The translations under genes were made by a program, and so were the position numbers. 40,530 bases of DNA, from assembly GCA_964541845.1 (NCBI GenBank), contig CAZIRV010000002.1, positions 1-40,530 on the forward strand. Reading direction: 5' to 3'. Position 1 is the first letter of the stretch; each line of letters starts with the position of its first letter. Of the stretch, positions 1 to 8,766 are shown piece after piece. The stretch is from an uncultured Planctomycetales bacterium (GTDB taxonomy: Bacteria > Omnitrophota > Gorgyraeia > Zapsychrales > Zapsychraceae). Below the pieces are notes generated by a model. It was not told the DNA's origin, searched no databases, and saw only the letters and a list, made by a program, of their open reading frames with translations.

Positions 1-75
1 TTATTTTATTGTGCTAAAACGTGTGCTGGAAAGGGGTTGTAATGCGTTTTTATCGACGAGAAATATGTAAAAAAA

Positions 76-159
76 TGCTGGAGGAGGGAATCGAACCCTC
101 ATGGCCTTGCGACCGCTGGATTTTGAATCCAGTGCGTCTACCAATTTCACCACTCCAGC
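76..159 (-). tRNA. tRNA-Leu (anticodon CAA), class II with long variable arm
   Basis: The reverse complement folds as a cloverleaf. The acceptor is GCTGGAG/CTCCAGC and the anticodon stem is CTGGA/TCCAG with loop TTCAAAA (CAA). There is a long variable arm and a T-arm GAGGG-TTCGATT-CCCTC. The discriminator is A and no CCA is encoded. Confidence 0.93.
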
Positions 160-193
160 AAATTTATTTAATGATGTCAAATAATTATTTATT

Positions 194-269
<76 letters not shown>

Positions 270-322
270 GAATAATGTCCCCCAATATATCACCGTACTT
301 TATCCTTGTCAATAATCCAGAG

Positions 323-354
323 TTGTAAACTGTGTTTTGGTTGCAGGTTGACAA
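323..354 (+). promoter_or_regulatory. Candidate BirA operator (TTGTAAAC-N16-GTTGACAA) overlapping the -35 box
   Basis: This is an imperfect inverted repeat of TTGTAAAC (323-330) and GTTGACAA (347-354), with one mismatch between the half-sites. The half-site sequence and spacing resemble known BirA operators. A BirA with an N-terminal HTH is encoded in the operon. Confidence 0.5.
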
Positions 355-376
355 TGAAAGATGGAAAGAGTAATAT
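348..376 (+). promoter_or_regulatory. Sigma70-type promoter of the nifS-birA-bio operon
   Basis: The -35 is TTGACA (348-353), followed by a 17-nt spacer and a -10 TAATAT (371-376). Downstream are GAGGAGG (391-397) and the ATG at 403. Confidence 0.55.
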
Positions 377-402
377 TGAAAAAATTTAGAGAGGAGGGGG
401 AT

Positions 403-1545
403 ATGAAAAATATTTATTTTGATTACGCTTCGACAACGCCTGTTGATCCTGCAGTGATTACAGCCATGGAGCCGTATTTTTATGATAAATTTGGAAATGG
501 GTCTAGTTCTCATGTTTTCGGTCGAGAGGCCGGTAAAGCATTGGAAGGATCTCGCGAGATATTGGCTGGGTTTATTGGAGCTAAACCAGAGGAAGTTATC
601 TTTACTTCAGGGGCTACGGAGGCGAATAATTATGCCATTATTGGGACCGCGCGAAGTTTAAAGGATAAAGGAAACCATATTATTGTTTCGGCTATTGAAC
701 ATCCTTCTATTTTGGCTCCAGTGGAATATTTAGCAAAAGAAGAGGGTTTTCAGGTCACATTTATTGGCGTAGATGAGTATGGAGTGGTTGATCTTCAGGC
801 GATTAAAGAGGCCATAACTGATCAAACGATTTTGATTTCTGTGATGTATGCCAGTAATGAAATCGGTACTGTTCAGCCAGTTGCTGAAATTGGAAAAATT
901 GCTAAACAGAGCAGTGTTTATTTTCATGTGGATGCGGTGCAAGCTATTGGGCATGTTCCGGTGAATGTCGATGAGATTGGCGCGGATTTATTTTCTTTAT
1001 CCGCGCATAAATTTTATGGGCCAAAGGGCATTGGCGCGCTTTATCTCCGTAAAGGAGTGGAGATAACTTCTTTATTAATGGGGGGGGATCAGGAACGAGG
1101 GCATCGGGCATCAACACAGAATGTTGCCGGAGCCGTTGGATTGGCTCGGGCGATTGAAATCTGTCGGAATAATATGGAAGAGGAAATGTGTGTACAAAGT
1201 CAATGGCGGGATAAATTATTTGAGGGAATTTCTCAAAGGATTGAAGGGGTTGTGATTAATGGTCATCGGATGCAGCGTCTGCCGAATAACGCACATTTTT
1301 CTTTTGAAAGGGTTCAGGGAGAAGCTCTTTTAATGAGTTTGGATATGGAAGGATTTGCGGCTTCCATGGGATCGGCTTGCCATTCCGGGGCCATGGAACC
1401 GTCGCATGTTTTACGGGCGATTGGATTATCAGATGAGTTGGCCTTTGGCGCGTTGCGTATAACGGTTGGACGATGGACGACAGAGCAACAAATTGATGCT
1501 TTGTTAGATAAGCTGACAAGGATTATTTCAGGATTAAGGATGTGA
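403..1545 (+). CDS. nifS: Cysteine desulfurase, NifS/IscS family (class V aminotransferase)
   Basis: The PLP-lysine motif SAHKFYGPKG and the active-site Cys loop MGSACHSG are present. The start is set at ATG 403, behind the strong SD GAGGAGG. The ORF-track ATG at 361 lies between the predicted -35 and -10. Confidence 0.9.
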   Translation: MKNIYFDYASTTPVDPAVITAMEPYFYDKFGNGSSSHVFGREAGKALEGSREILAGFIGAKPEEVIFTSGATEANNYAIIGTARSLKDKGNHIIVSAIEHPSILAPVEYLAKEEGFQVTFIGVDEYGVVDLQAIKEAITDQTILISVMYASNEIGTVQPVAEIGKIAKQSSVYFHVDAVQAIGHVPVNVDEIGADLFSLSAHKFYGPKGIGALYLRKGVEITSLLMGGDQERGHRASTQNVAGAVGLARAIEICRNNMEEEMCVQSQWRDKLFEGISQRIEGVVINGHRMQRLPNNAHFSFERVQGEALLMSLDMEGFAASMGSACHSGAMEPSHVLRAIGLSDELAFGALRITVGRWTTEQQIDALLDKLTRIISGLRM

Positions 1546-1601
1546 AACAGGCATGACCTTCTGTTACAAACGGTTATGATTAATCAAGTGGGGATTTTCA
1601 G

Positions 1602-2555
1602 GTGAAAAGTAAAATTATTCAATTTTTAAAAGAGAGTGAGGGCTATATTTCCGGGGAGGAAATTAGTCGGCGGCTTCAGATTAGTCGTGCGGCTATTTGG
1701 AAACATATTCAGGAATTGCGCGGGACCGGTTATGTTATTAGTGCTGTTAAACCATTAGGATATCATTTAGACTCGTCTCCGGATAAATTATTTCCTGAAG
1801 AGATTGGATATGGATTGAAGACGACATTTATAGGGAAGAAAATTTATTATTATGATTTGATTAATTCAACTATGGATGTCGCGTTTCGATTAGGGTTGGA
1901 TGATGAACCGGAAGGTTCGGTGGTGTGTGCCGAAGGGCAAACAAAGGGAAAGGGGCGGTTGGGGCGTGTTTGGAATTCTCCAAAGTCTAAGGGAATTTAT
2001 ATGTCAGTGATTCTTCGTCCGAATTTTTCTCTGACGGATACAGTAAAGTTAACGTTATTAAGCGCGGTGGCCGTGTGTGAGGCGATCAGGAATGTGACCG
2101 CGATTCCAGTAAGTATAAAATGGCCGAATGATGTGTTATTAGGAAATAAAAAAATAGCGGGGATATTAACGGAGTTAAACGCGGAAACAGAAAGAGTTCG
2201 ATTTATTGTTATTGGGATTGGGATTAATGTGAATACGTCCGTAAGCGTTTTACCGGAAAACGCGACTTCTTTAAAAAAGGAGTTTGGAAAGAAAATTTCA
2301 AGAGTAGTTCTTGTTCAGGAAGTTTTGAGATGTTTGGAGAAGTGGTATGAAAATATGCAATTGAATGGATTTTTGCCGATGATTGAGCAGTGGAAGGAAT
2401 TTTCATGCACGCTTGGAAGACGTGTCCGTGTTACAAATTTTGGAGGAGATATTGAGGGGGTGGCCGTGGATATTGATGAATATGGGGGGCTGGTTGTGCG
2501 GAGTGAGCAGGGAGATTTAGTTAAAAGGATGTCAGGAGATGTGGTGTTGTTATAG
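1602..2555 (+). CDS. birA: Bifunctional biotin-[acetyl-CoA-carboxylase] ligase / biotin operon repressor
   Basis: There is an N-terminal HTH (ISGEEISRRLQISRAAIWKHIQELR), a biotin-binding loop GKGRLGRVW and the KWPNDVL motif. The start is GTG. The TAG stop lies inside the 95-nt repeat. Confidence 0.92.
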   Translation: MKSKIIQFLKESEGYISGEEISRRLQISRAAIWKHIQELRGTGYVISAVKPLGYHLDSSPDKLFPEEIGYGLKTTFIGKKIYYYDLINSTMDVAFRLGLDDEPEGSVVCAEGQTKGKGRLGRVWNSPKSKGIYMSVILRPNFSLTDTVKLTLLSAVAVCEAIRNVTAIPVSIKWPNDVLLGNKKIAGILTELNAETERVRFIVIGIGINVNTSVSVLPENATSLKKEFGKKISRVVLVQEVLRCLEKWYENMQLNGFLPMIEQWKEFSCTLGRRVRVTNFGGDIEGVAVDIDEYGGLVVRSEQGDLVKRMSGDVVLL

Positions 2556-2645
2556 CGCAGAGCAGAAGTTCTGCAACACCGAACATGGGATGGGCTTGTC
2601 GAGAAAAAGAATCTAAATGTCGCAAAACTTTTGTACTGAGCTATA
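2551..2645 (+). repeat. 95-nt palindromic element, family 2, copy A
   Basis: The arms are TATAGCGCAGAGCAGAAGTTCTGCAAC and GTCGCAAAACTTTTGTACTGAGCTATA. A second copy lies at 38973-39067 with about 12 substitutions and no indel. Confidence 0.85.
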
Positions 2646-3814
2646 TGAAGAAATATTTTAAAAAAGAGTTAGAGGTGTTAGAAAAAAAGGGGCTTAGACG
2701 GGCTTTGCGTCAGCAAGAAGGGACTCAAGGAAGAAAGATTACGGTTAATGGTAAGGAAGTATTGAATTTTTGTTCTAATAATTATTTGGGCCTAGCAGGA
2801 GATGAGCGTTTATGTGAGGCCGCGAAAAAGAGTTTGGAATTAGAAGGGTTTGGTTCCGGAGCGTCAAGACTTATTTGTGGGAATATGGAGTCCCATCAAA
2901 AATTGGAAAAGGCTATCGCGGAGTTTAAGGGAACGGAAAGTTGTTTATTGTTTAGTTCAGGATACATGGCGAATGGTGGAATTATTTCGAGTTTATTTGA
3001 TCGGGGAGATATTATTTTTTCAGATAAGCTCAATCATGCTTCAATTGTTGATGGTATATTGTTAAGTCGAGCCGATTTTAAGCGGTATCCGCATCGGGAT
3101 ATGAAAGTATTGGAAAAGATGTTGAAGGGTTCAGATAAGTGTAAGAAACGGATAATTATCACAGATAGTGTTTTTAGTATGGATGGAGATATAGCCCCTT
3201 TGGATAAAATTGTAGCGTTGGCACAGAAGTATTATTGTTTAGTCATGGTCGATGAGGCCCACGCTTTGGGCATCATGGGAAAGTCTGGAAAAGGATTGGT
3301 TGAGCATTTTGGTGTTGAGGATAAAATTGATATTCAAATGGGAACCTTATCTAAGGCGGCGGGTTCCTTTGGGGCGTATTGTTGTGGATCAAAGGAATTA
3401 GTTGAGCTTTTAAAAAATAAGGCGCGTAGTTTTATTTATACGACGGGCTTACCACCATCAGTGGCGGCAGCTTCACAAAAAGCAATTGGCATTATTAAAG
3501 AAGATGAAGGTTTAAGAAAGCAATTGTGGAAAAATACGGTTTATCTCCATGAAGCATTAAGAAATTCAGGTTTTGATACGATGAATTCAGAAACACCCAT
3601 TATTCCTATTTTAGTAAAGGATTCTAACGTAGCTGTCGAATTTTCTAAACGGTTGTTTGATGAAGGCATTTTTATCAGCGCGATTCGCCCACCGACGGTT
3701 CCACACAATATGGCACGGTTGCGTTTGACTGTAATGGCAACGCACAACCAAGATGATTTAGATTTTTTATTGAAAAAAATGCAGAAGATTGGAAAGGAAT
3801 TATGCCTTATCTAA
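2645..3814 (+). CDS. bioF: 8-amino-7-oxononanoate synthase
   Basis: This belongs to the alpha-oxoamine synthase family, with DEAHA and the PLP lysine in GTLSKAAG. The start is moved to ATG 2645 (MKKYFKKELEVLEKKGLRR), because the ORF-track N-terminus is translated repeat sequence. Confidence 0.9.
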   Translation: MKKYFKKELEVLEKKGLRRALRQQEGTQGRKITVNGKEVLNFCSNNYLGLAGDERLCEAAKKSLELEGFGSGASRLICGNMESHQKLEKAIAEFKGTESCLLFSSGYMANGGIISSLFDRGDIIFSDKLNHASIVDGILLSRADFKRYPHRDMKVLEKMLKGSDKCKKRIIITDSVFSMDGDIAPLDKIVALAQKYYCLVMVDEAHALGIMGKSGKGLVEHFGVEDKIDIQMGTLSKAAGSFGAYCCGSKELVELLKNKARSFIYTTGLPPSVAAASQKAIGIIKEDEGLRKQLWKNTVYLHEALRNSGFDTMNSETPIIPILVKDSNVAVEFSKRLFDEGIFISAIRPPTVPHNMARLRLTVMATHNQDDLDFLLKKMQKIGKELCLI

Positions 3815-4608
3815 AGACGCAAAGTAATATTGATTGGCATTATCAGATTCAGGGGGAGGGAGAATCTCTTTTATTTCTACATGGATGGAGTGTGGATAGC
3901 CGGATATGGCGTCAGCAGTTGAAGTTTTTTAGAGAGCATTTCAGAGTGATTGCTGTTGATCTTCCGGGGCATGGAAAAAGTAGTTGGCAGAAGGTTTCTT
4001 TAGGTGAAATGGCTGAGGATATTGGGCATATTCTTAATCAGGAAAATGTTAAGGAGTTAAGTGTTGTAGGGAGTTCCCTGGGTGGATTGGTAGCGTTAAA
4101 ATTTTATGCTATTTTTTATGCAAATATTAAACAGATGACGTTTGTAGGGACTATGCCAAACTTTGTTAAATCTGAACAACAACCTTACGGTCTGGATATC
4201 GAAAAAATTCGGAAATTATCCGGACAGCTTGAGACGGATTATACAACAATCCTCAGTATTTTTTTTCGGTCTCTTTTTACGAAAGAAGAGCGGGCGACTC
4301 GACGGTTTAAATGGATTCAGAAATTTCGTAAGGCAGAAGAGCCTCCCATGAAAGCAGCTATGGCAGAATATTTGGATATTTTAGAGCAGGAAGATTTAAC
4401 GGAAGTTTTAAAGAGTGTTCAATGTTCGATGCAGTTTATTAATGGGGATGGAGACGAAATTTGTAATCAAGAGGCGGTGGATTATTTAAAGACAATAGTC
4501 TCTCAGGCACGTTTTGATACGATGATTAAACGGGGACATCTCCCTTTTTTAAGTACACCGGAAGAGTTTAACGAAGTTTTGCATGAGTTTTTAGGTGACA
4601 GTAAATAA
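3802..4608 (+). CDS. bioH: Pimeloyl-ACP methyl ester esterase (alpha/beta hydrolase)
   Basis: It has the HGW oxyanion region, the nucleophile elbow GSSLGG and a C-terminal GHLPF histidine. It sits between bioF and bioC and overlaps the bioF end by 13 nt. Confidence 0.8.
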   Translation: MPYLKTQSNIDWHYQIQGEGESLLFLHGWSVDSRIWRQQLKFFREHFRVIAVDLPGHGKSSWQKVSLGEMAEDIGHILNQENVKELSVVGSSLGGLVALKFYAIFYANIKQMTFVGTMPNFVKSEQQPYGLDIEKIRKLSGQLETDYTTILSIFFRSLFTKEERATRRFKWIQKFRKAEEPPMKAAMAEYLDILEQEDLTEVLKSVQCSMQFINGDGDEICNQEAVDYLKTIVSQARFDTMIKRGHLPFLSTPEEFNEVLHEFLGDSK

Positions 4609-4615
4609 AGTGTAA

Positions 4616-4641
4616 CCGTTCACGGCATATCCCGTGAACGG
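4616..4641 (+). repeat. Perfect 10-bp hairpin CCGTTCACGG-catatc-CCGTGAACGG in the bioH-bioC spacer
   Basis: The stem is read directly from the sequence. It shares the GTAACCGTTCACG motif with the outer arms of the 13889-14040 element. No T-tract follows it. Confidence 0.8.
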
Positions 4642-4653
4642 GCACAATAAAGT

Positions 4654-5430
4654 ATGTTTAATCTTATTGATCAGAAAATTCGGAAGGCATTTTCTAACGC
4701 GGCGATGCAGTATGATGTATTGACAGGCTTGCATAAGGAGATTGGACGGGAGTTAATTGCCAGGGTTGCTTTGCGGGACAATTGTTCAGCAGTTCTGGAT
4801 GTTGGGATGGGGCCGGGGTGGTTGACGAATCGGTTGACGCGTGTATTTGAAAATGCAGGGACTGTTGGGGTCGATTTTTCTTTGGGGATGATTGGGGAGG
4901 CTAAGAAAAAAGAAGGGAGTTTTAAAATTGTACAGGCGCACGCGGAGAATTTACCATTTAAAGATAGTACGTTTGACGTTGTTGTTTCGAATTTAGCCTA
5001 TCAATGGGTTGATGATTTATTGCGAGCTTTTAAGCAATGTTATTTGGTTTTAAAAGATGATGGTCTATTTTGCTGTACATTGTTTGGGCGCAATACTTTT
5101 GAAGAATTGTTTATTTCATTAGAATCGGCGACAGATCGTAATGTGTTGCCGATCGATAGGTTAACGGGACAAGAAGAAATTTCGAGAGCTGTTTGTGAAG
5201 CAGGATTTAGTGATATAAAAATAAATAGCGAGCTGATCAAGGCGCGTTTTCCCGGTATGATGGCATTGCTTAAATGGATAAAAGATATTGGAGCAAATGC
5301 TTTGCCGCGAGACTTTTTTGTCGGAAAAGAGTTATTAAGTCGAGCCAATGAATATTATGAACAGAATTTCCGAGATAGATTAGGGGTTATTGTTACTTTT
5401 GAAGTGATTTGGGTTGAGGTAAAGCGATGA
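4654..5430 (+). CDS. bioC: Malonyl-ACP O-methyltransferase
   Basis: It carries the class I SAM-binding motif VLDVGMGPG and sits in the biotin operon. Its stop overlaps the next start (ATGA). Confidence 0.85.
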   Translation: MFNLIDQKIRKAFSNAAMQYDVLTGLHKEIGRELIARVALRDNCSAVLDVGMGPGWLTNRLTRVFENAGTVGVDFSLGMIGEAKKKEGSFKIVQAHAENLPFKDSTFDVVVSNLAYQWVDDLLRAFKQCYLVLKDDGLFCCTLFGRNTFEELFISLESATDRNVLPIDRLTGQEEISRAVCEAGFSDIKINSELIKARFPGMMALLKWIKDIGANALPRDFFVGKELLSRANEYYEQNFRDRLGVIVTFEVIWVEVKR

Positions 5431-7475
5431 GTAAAGGGGTATTTATAACAGGGACAGATACGGGGGTTGGAAAAACAATGGCCACTTTAGTTCTTGGAGC
5501 CTTGATGAAGGACCAGAATATTGATGTGGGGGTAATGAAACCCATTCAATGTGGTGGAGAAGATGCGGCATTATTAAAAATAATGCTTGGGATTGAAGAT
5601 TCCCTTGAGGAAATTAATCCCTATTTTGTAAAAGAGCCTTTGTCTCCGAATGGGGCATTTGCTCGACAGAAAATAGTTATTAGGATTAATAAAATTATTT
5701 CCGGTTACACAAAGTTAAGCGCACGGCATGAGTTCATGTTAGTTGAGGGGGCAGGAGGTTTACTGGTGCCTCTTAAAAAGGATTATTTTATTGCTGATTT
5801 GATTAAAGATTTGGATTTAGATGTGGTTATTGTCAGCCGTTTGGGTTTGGGAACTATTAATCATACGTTGCTGACGATTAATCAGGCTCGGAGTTCGGGA
5901 TTGAATGTGCGGGGAGTTATTTTTAACCAGACTAAAAATCATACGCCAGGGGTTCCGGAAGAAACAAATCCGGATATTATTCGAACGTTTGGAAAGGTTC
6001 CGGTGTTAGGGATGATTCCCTATTTAAAAAGTGCAAATTTTAAGAAGATTGTTAAAAAATGCAGGGGACAAATAAATTTTAATGATTTTGTAAAGACGCC
6101 CCAACGGGGCGTCTTTACCACAGAACAATATATCCATGATGATAAAAAATATTTATGGCACCCTTTTACGCAGATGAAGGATTGGCTTGAGCAAGAGGTT
6201 TTAATTATTGATAAAGCTAAAGGAAGTTATTTAATCGATACTCAAGGAAATCGTTATCTTGACGGGGTGTCCAGTCTTTGGGTGAATGTGCATGGTCATG
6301 GTAAAAAGGAAATTGATGAAGCTGTTAAACAACAGATTAATAAGTTGGGGCATTCAACGTTGCTTGGTTTGTCCAGTACCCCGGCTATTGCGTTGGCAAA
6401 GGCGTTGGTTGATATTGTTCCTAAAGGACTGGAAAAGGTTTTTTATTCAGATAGTGGTTCAACGTCTGTTGAAATTGCTATTAAAATAGCTTATCAATAT
6501 TGGCAAAATATCGGACAAAAGAAAAAGATGAATATTGTTCATTTGGCGAACTCGTATCATGGAGACACATTGGGCAGCGTGAGTGTCGGAGGGATTGATT
6601 TATTTCACGAGGTTTATCGAAACCTGATTTTTAAGACGATAAAATTAGATTTTCCGGATTGCTATCGCGCGCCTAAAGGAAAGAAGTATCCGGATTATGC
6701 GTTTGAGTGTCTTGGGCAATTTGAGGTGATGCTAAAGAAGAAGCGTGACGCGATAGCTGCTTTTGTTGTTGAGCCGATTGTACAGGGAGCAGCGGGAATG
6801 ATTATGTGGCCGAAAGGGATTCTTAAGCGGATGGCGGCGTTGTGTAAAAAATATGAGGTAATTTTTATTGTGGATGAGGTGGCAACGGGCTTTGGACGGA
6901 CAGGAACCATGTTTGCTTGTGAACAAGAGAACGTTCGTCCTGATATTTTGTGTTTGGCTAAGGGAATGACAGGGGGGTATTTGCCGTTAGCCGCGACATT
7001 GACGACTAAAAAAATATTTGATGGATTTTGTTTTGATTACAAAGAACAGAAAACTTTTTTTCACGGACATACGTACACAGGGAATCCGTTGGCTTGTGCG
7101 GCAGCTTTGGCTAATCTTGAGGTTTTTAAGAAAGAAAAAACATTAGTTAAGTTACAGCCGAAAATTAAATTTTTTCATCAGAGGCTTCAGAGGTTTTATG
7201 ATTTTTCGTGTGTTGGAGATATTCGTCAACGAGGTTTTATGGTGGGGGTTGAATTAGTAAAGAATAAAGAGACGAAAGACCCTTATCCTTGGGAGGAGCA
7301 AATAGGCGCAAAGGTTTGCCGGGAGGGTCGTAAGCACGGTGTTATTTTAAGGCCATTAGGTGATGTCATTGTTTTGATGCCGCCATTGTCGGCGAGTAAA
7401 AGTGAGTTAAAAAAATTATTGGATGTGACGTATAATGCGATTGAAAAGGTTGCAGGGAGTAGAGCAAGCATTTAA
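5427..7475 (+). CDS. bioDA: Fused dethiobiotin synthetase (N-terminal) / adenosylmethionine-8-amino-7-oxononanoate aminotransferase (C-terminal)
   Basis: The N-terminal part carries GTDTGVGKT and EGAGG, as in BioD. From about residue 235 the sequence is a class III aminotransferase (DEVATGFGRTG, HGHTYTGNP), as in BioA. The ORF is a single uninterrupted 682 codons. Confidence 0.88.
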   Translation: MSKGVFITGTDTGVGKTMATLVLGALMKDQNIDVGVMKPIQCGGEDAALLKIMLGIEDSLEEINPYFVKEPLSPNGAFARQKIVIRINKIISGYTKLSARHEFMLVEGAGGLLVPLKKDYFIADLIKDLDLDVVIVSRLGLGTINHTLLTINQARSSGLNVRGVIFNQTKNHTPGVPEETNPDIIRTFGKVPVLGMIPYLKSANFKKIVKKCRGQINFNDFVKTPQRGVFTTEQYIHDDKKYLWHPFTQMKDWLEQEVLIIDKAKGSYLIDTQGNRYLDGVSSLWVNVHGHGKKEIDEAVKQQINKLGHSTLLGLSSTPAIALAKALVDIVPKGLEKVFYSDSGSTSVEIAIKIAYQYWQNIGQKKKMNIVHLANSYHGDTLGSVSVGGIDLFHEVYRNLIFKTIKLDFPDCYRAPKGKKYPDYAFECLGQFEVMLKKKRDAIAAFVVEPIVQGAAGMIMWPKGILKRMAALCKKYEVIFIVDEVATGFGRTGTMFACEQENVRPDILCLAKGMTGGYLPLAATLTTKKIFDGFCFDYKEQKTFFHGHTYTGNPLACAAALANLEVFKKEKTLVKLQPKIKFFHQRLQRFYDFSCVGDIRQRGFMVGVELVKNKETKDPYPWEEQIGAKVCREGRKHGVILRPLGDVIVLMPPLSASKSELKKLLDVTYNAIEKVAGSRASI

Positions 7476-7675
7476 TTTTTTGAAAAAGATAAGGACTCAG
7501 CCGTTAAGGCACTGTACAACAATAAATTGCCGATAATTATAAAATTTATCCTCGAAGAACATAATATTATTCGGTAGTTAATTTGTACGCAGGCCCTAAG
7601 AAGAGTTTTTAGCCAATGCATTGGGATCTTTTTCAAAAATTAAATATTTGCTCAACACAAAAATTGGTGTAACAC

Positions 7676-8764
7676 ATGATAAATAAAAATAAAAAAGTTT
7701 TTGTGGCGATGAGTGGAGGGGTGGATTCTTCTGTGGTGGCTGGGCTCATGAAGGAACAGGGGTATGATGTGGTGGGGGTGACGATGTGTTTTAGTATTAC
7801 ACATCTAAATTCCAAAAAACCATCGTGTTGCGGGGTTGATGGTATTGCCGATGCCAGGCGCGCGGCGCAAATTTTAGATATTCCTCATTACGTTTTAGAT
7901 TTTGCCGAGGATATTCAAGAGTACGTTATTGACGATTTTGTGAGTGAGTATCTGAATGGACGTACGCCTAATCCTTGTGTGCGGTGTAATCAATATTTAA
8001 AATTCAGAACGCTTTACAAAAAAGTAATGGCCCTTGGGGCGGATTATTTGGCCACAGGGCATTATGTCCAGCTTGAATTTTTCCAGGAGGGAGATCATAC
8101 ATATAAAATGAAGAAGGCGGTGGACGCACGGAAAGATCAGTCTTATTTTTTGTATAGTATTAAGAAAGAAACGTTATCTCATTTGTTATTTCCTCTTGGA
8201 AAAATGGTTAAAGATGAAGTAAGAGCGTTAGCCCGAAAATACGATTTAAATACAGCAGACAAGCCGGAAAGTCAGGATATTTGTTTTGTGTCGGATACAG
8301 GATACAAGCAGTTTATTAAAGACCGTGTTGGGGAAGAGTCTTTTATTCCAGGCGATTTTATTAATGAAGAGGGGAAGGTTGTGGGTCAGCATAAAGGGAT
8401 TGCTAATTACACAATTGGTCAAAGAGATAAGCTTGGCATTGCGTTAGGAGTGCCTGTTTATGTTTACAATATTGACAAGGAAAAAAATACGGTTCATGTT
8501 GGACCCAAAGAGTGTCTGTATTCACAAGGTCTTGTAGCAAAACAAGTTAATTTTTTAAAGAACATTTCTCAGGAAAGAATGGAAATTGACGCGCGGATTC
8601 GTTATAATGCGCCGGAAGTTAAAGGTTATTTAATCTGCTTAGATAAGGATAAAATTCGTGTTGACTTTGCTGAACCGCAAATGTCTGTAACGCCGGGGCA
8701 GTCTGTGGTATTGTATGATGGGGATGTGGTTATTGGCGGAGGGATTATTAAAGAAAGGATATAA
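7676..8764 (+). CDS. mnmA: tRNA 2-thiouridine(34) synthase
   Basis: It has the PP-loop AMSGGVDSSV, the catalytic Cys region NPCVRCN and QDICF. Confidence 0.92.
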   Translation: MINKNKKVFVAMSGGVDSSVVAGLMKEQGYDVVGVTMCFSITHLNSKKPSCCGVDGIADARRAAQILDIPHYVLDFAEDIQEYVIDDFVSEYLNGRTPNPCVRCNQYLKFRTLYKKVMALGADYLATGHYVQLEFFQEGDHTYKMKKAVDARKDQSYFLYSIKKETLSHLLFPLGKMVKDEVRALARKYDLNTADKPESQDICFVSDTGYKQFIKDRVGEESFIPGDFINEEGKVVGQHKGIANYTIGQRDKLGIALGVPVYVYNIDKEKNTVHVGPKECLYSQGLVAKQVNFLKNISQERMEIDARIRYNAPEVKGYLICLDKDKIRVDFAEPQMSVTPGQSVVLYDGDVVIGGGIIKERI

Positions 8765-8766
8765 AT

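Noticed and set aside
1-75. ATCGACGAGAAA near the window start, as a partial family-1 apex.
   Set aside because: Only a roughly 12-nt resemblance to ATCGTCGAGAAA is present, with no flanking arms visible. It cannot be evaluated because the window starts here.
161-193. AT-rich spacer between the two tRNAs (TTTATTTAATGATGTCAAATAATTATTT) resembling the family-1 arm hairpin at 40410-40445.
   Set aside because: About 16 of 20 matches occur in very AT-rich sequence, which could be chance. I note it only as a possible arm remnant.
361-402. Upstream ATG 361 as the start of the cysteine desulfurase, and the antisense ORF 202..513.
   Set aside because: ATG 361 lies between the predicted -35 and -10, whereas ATG 403 has the GAGGAGG SD and gives a typical NifS N-terminus. 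The antisense ORF overlaps the tRNA-Ala gene and the promoter.
2585-2644. N-terminal extension of BioF (MGWACREKESKCRKTFVLSY).
   Set aside because: These residues are encoded by the 95-nt repeat. The BioF-like sequence starts at MKKYFKKELEVL. The same peptide-like reading appears at the second repeat copy.
7476-7675. The 200-nt bioDA-mnmA spacer, including the 12-bp palindrome CCAATGCATTGG (7613-7624), as an sRNA or riboswitch.
   Set aside because: I found no recognisable riboswitch core, no extended structure and no terminator. The palindrome alone is insufficient.
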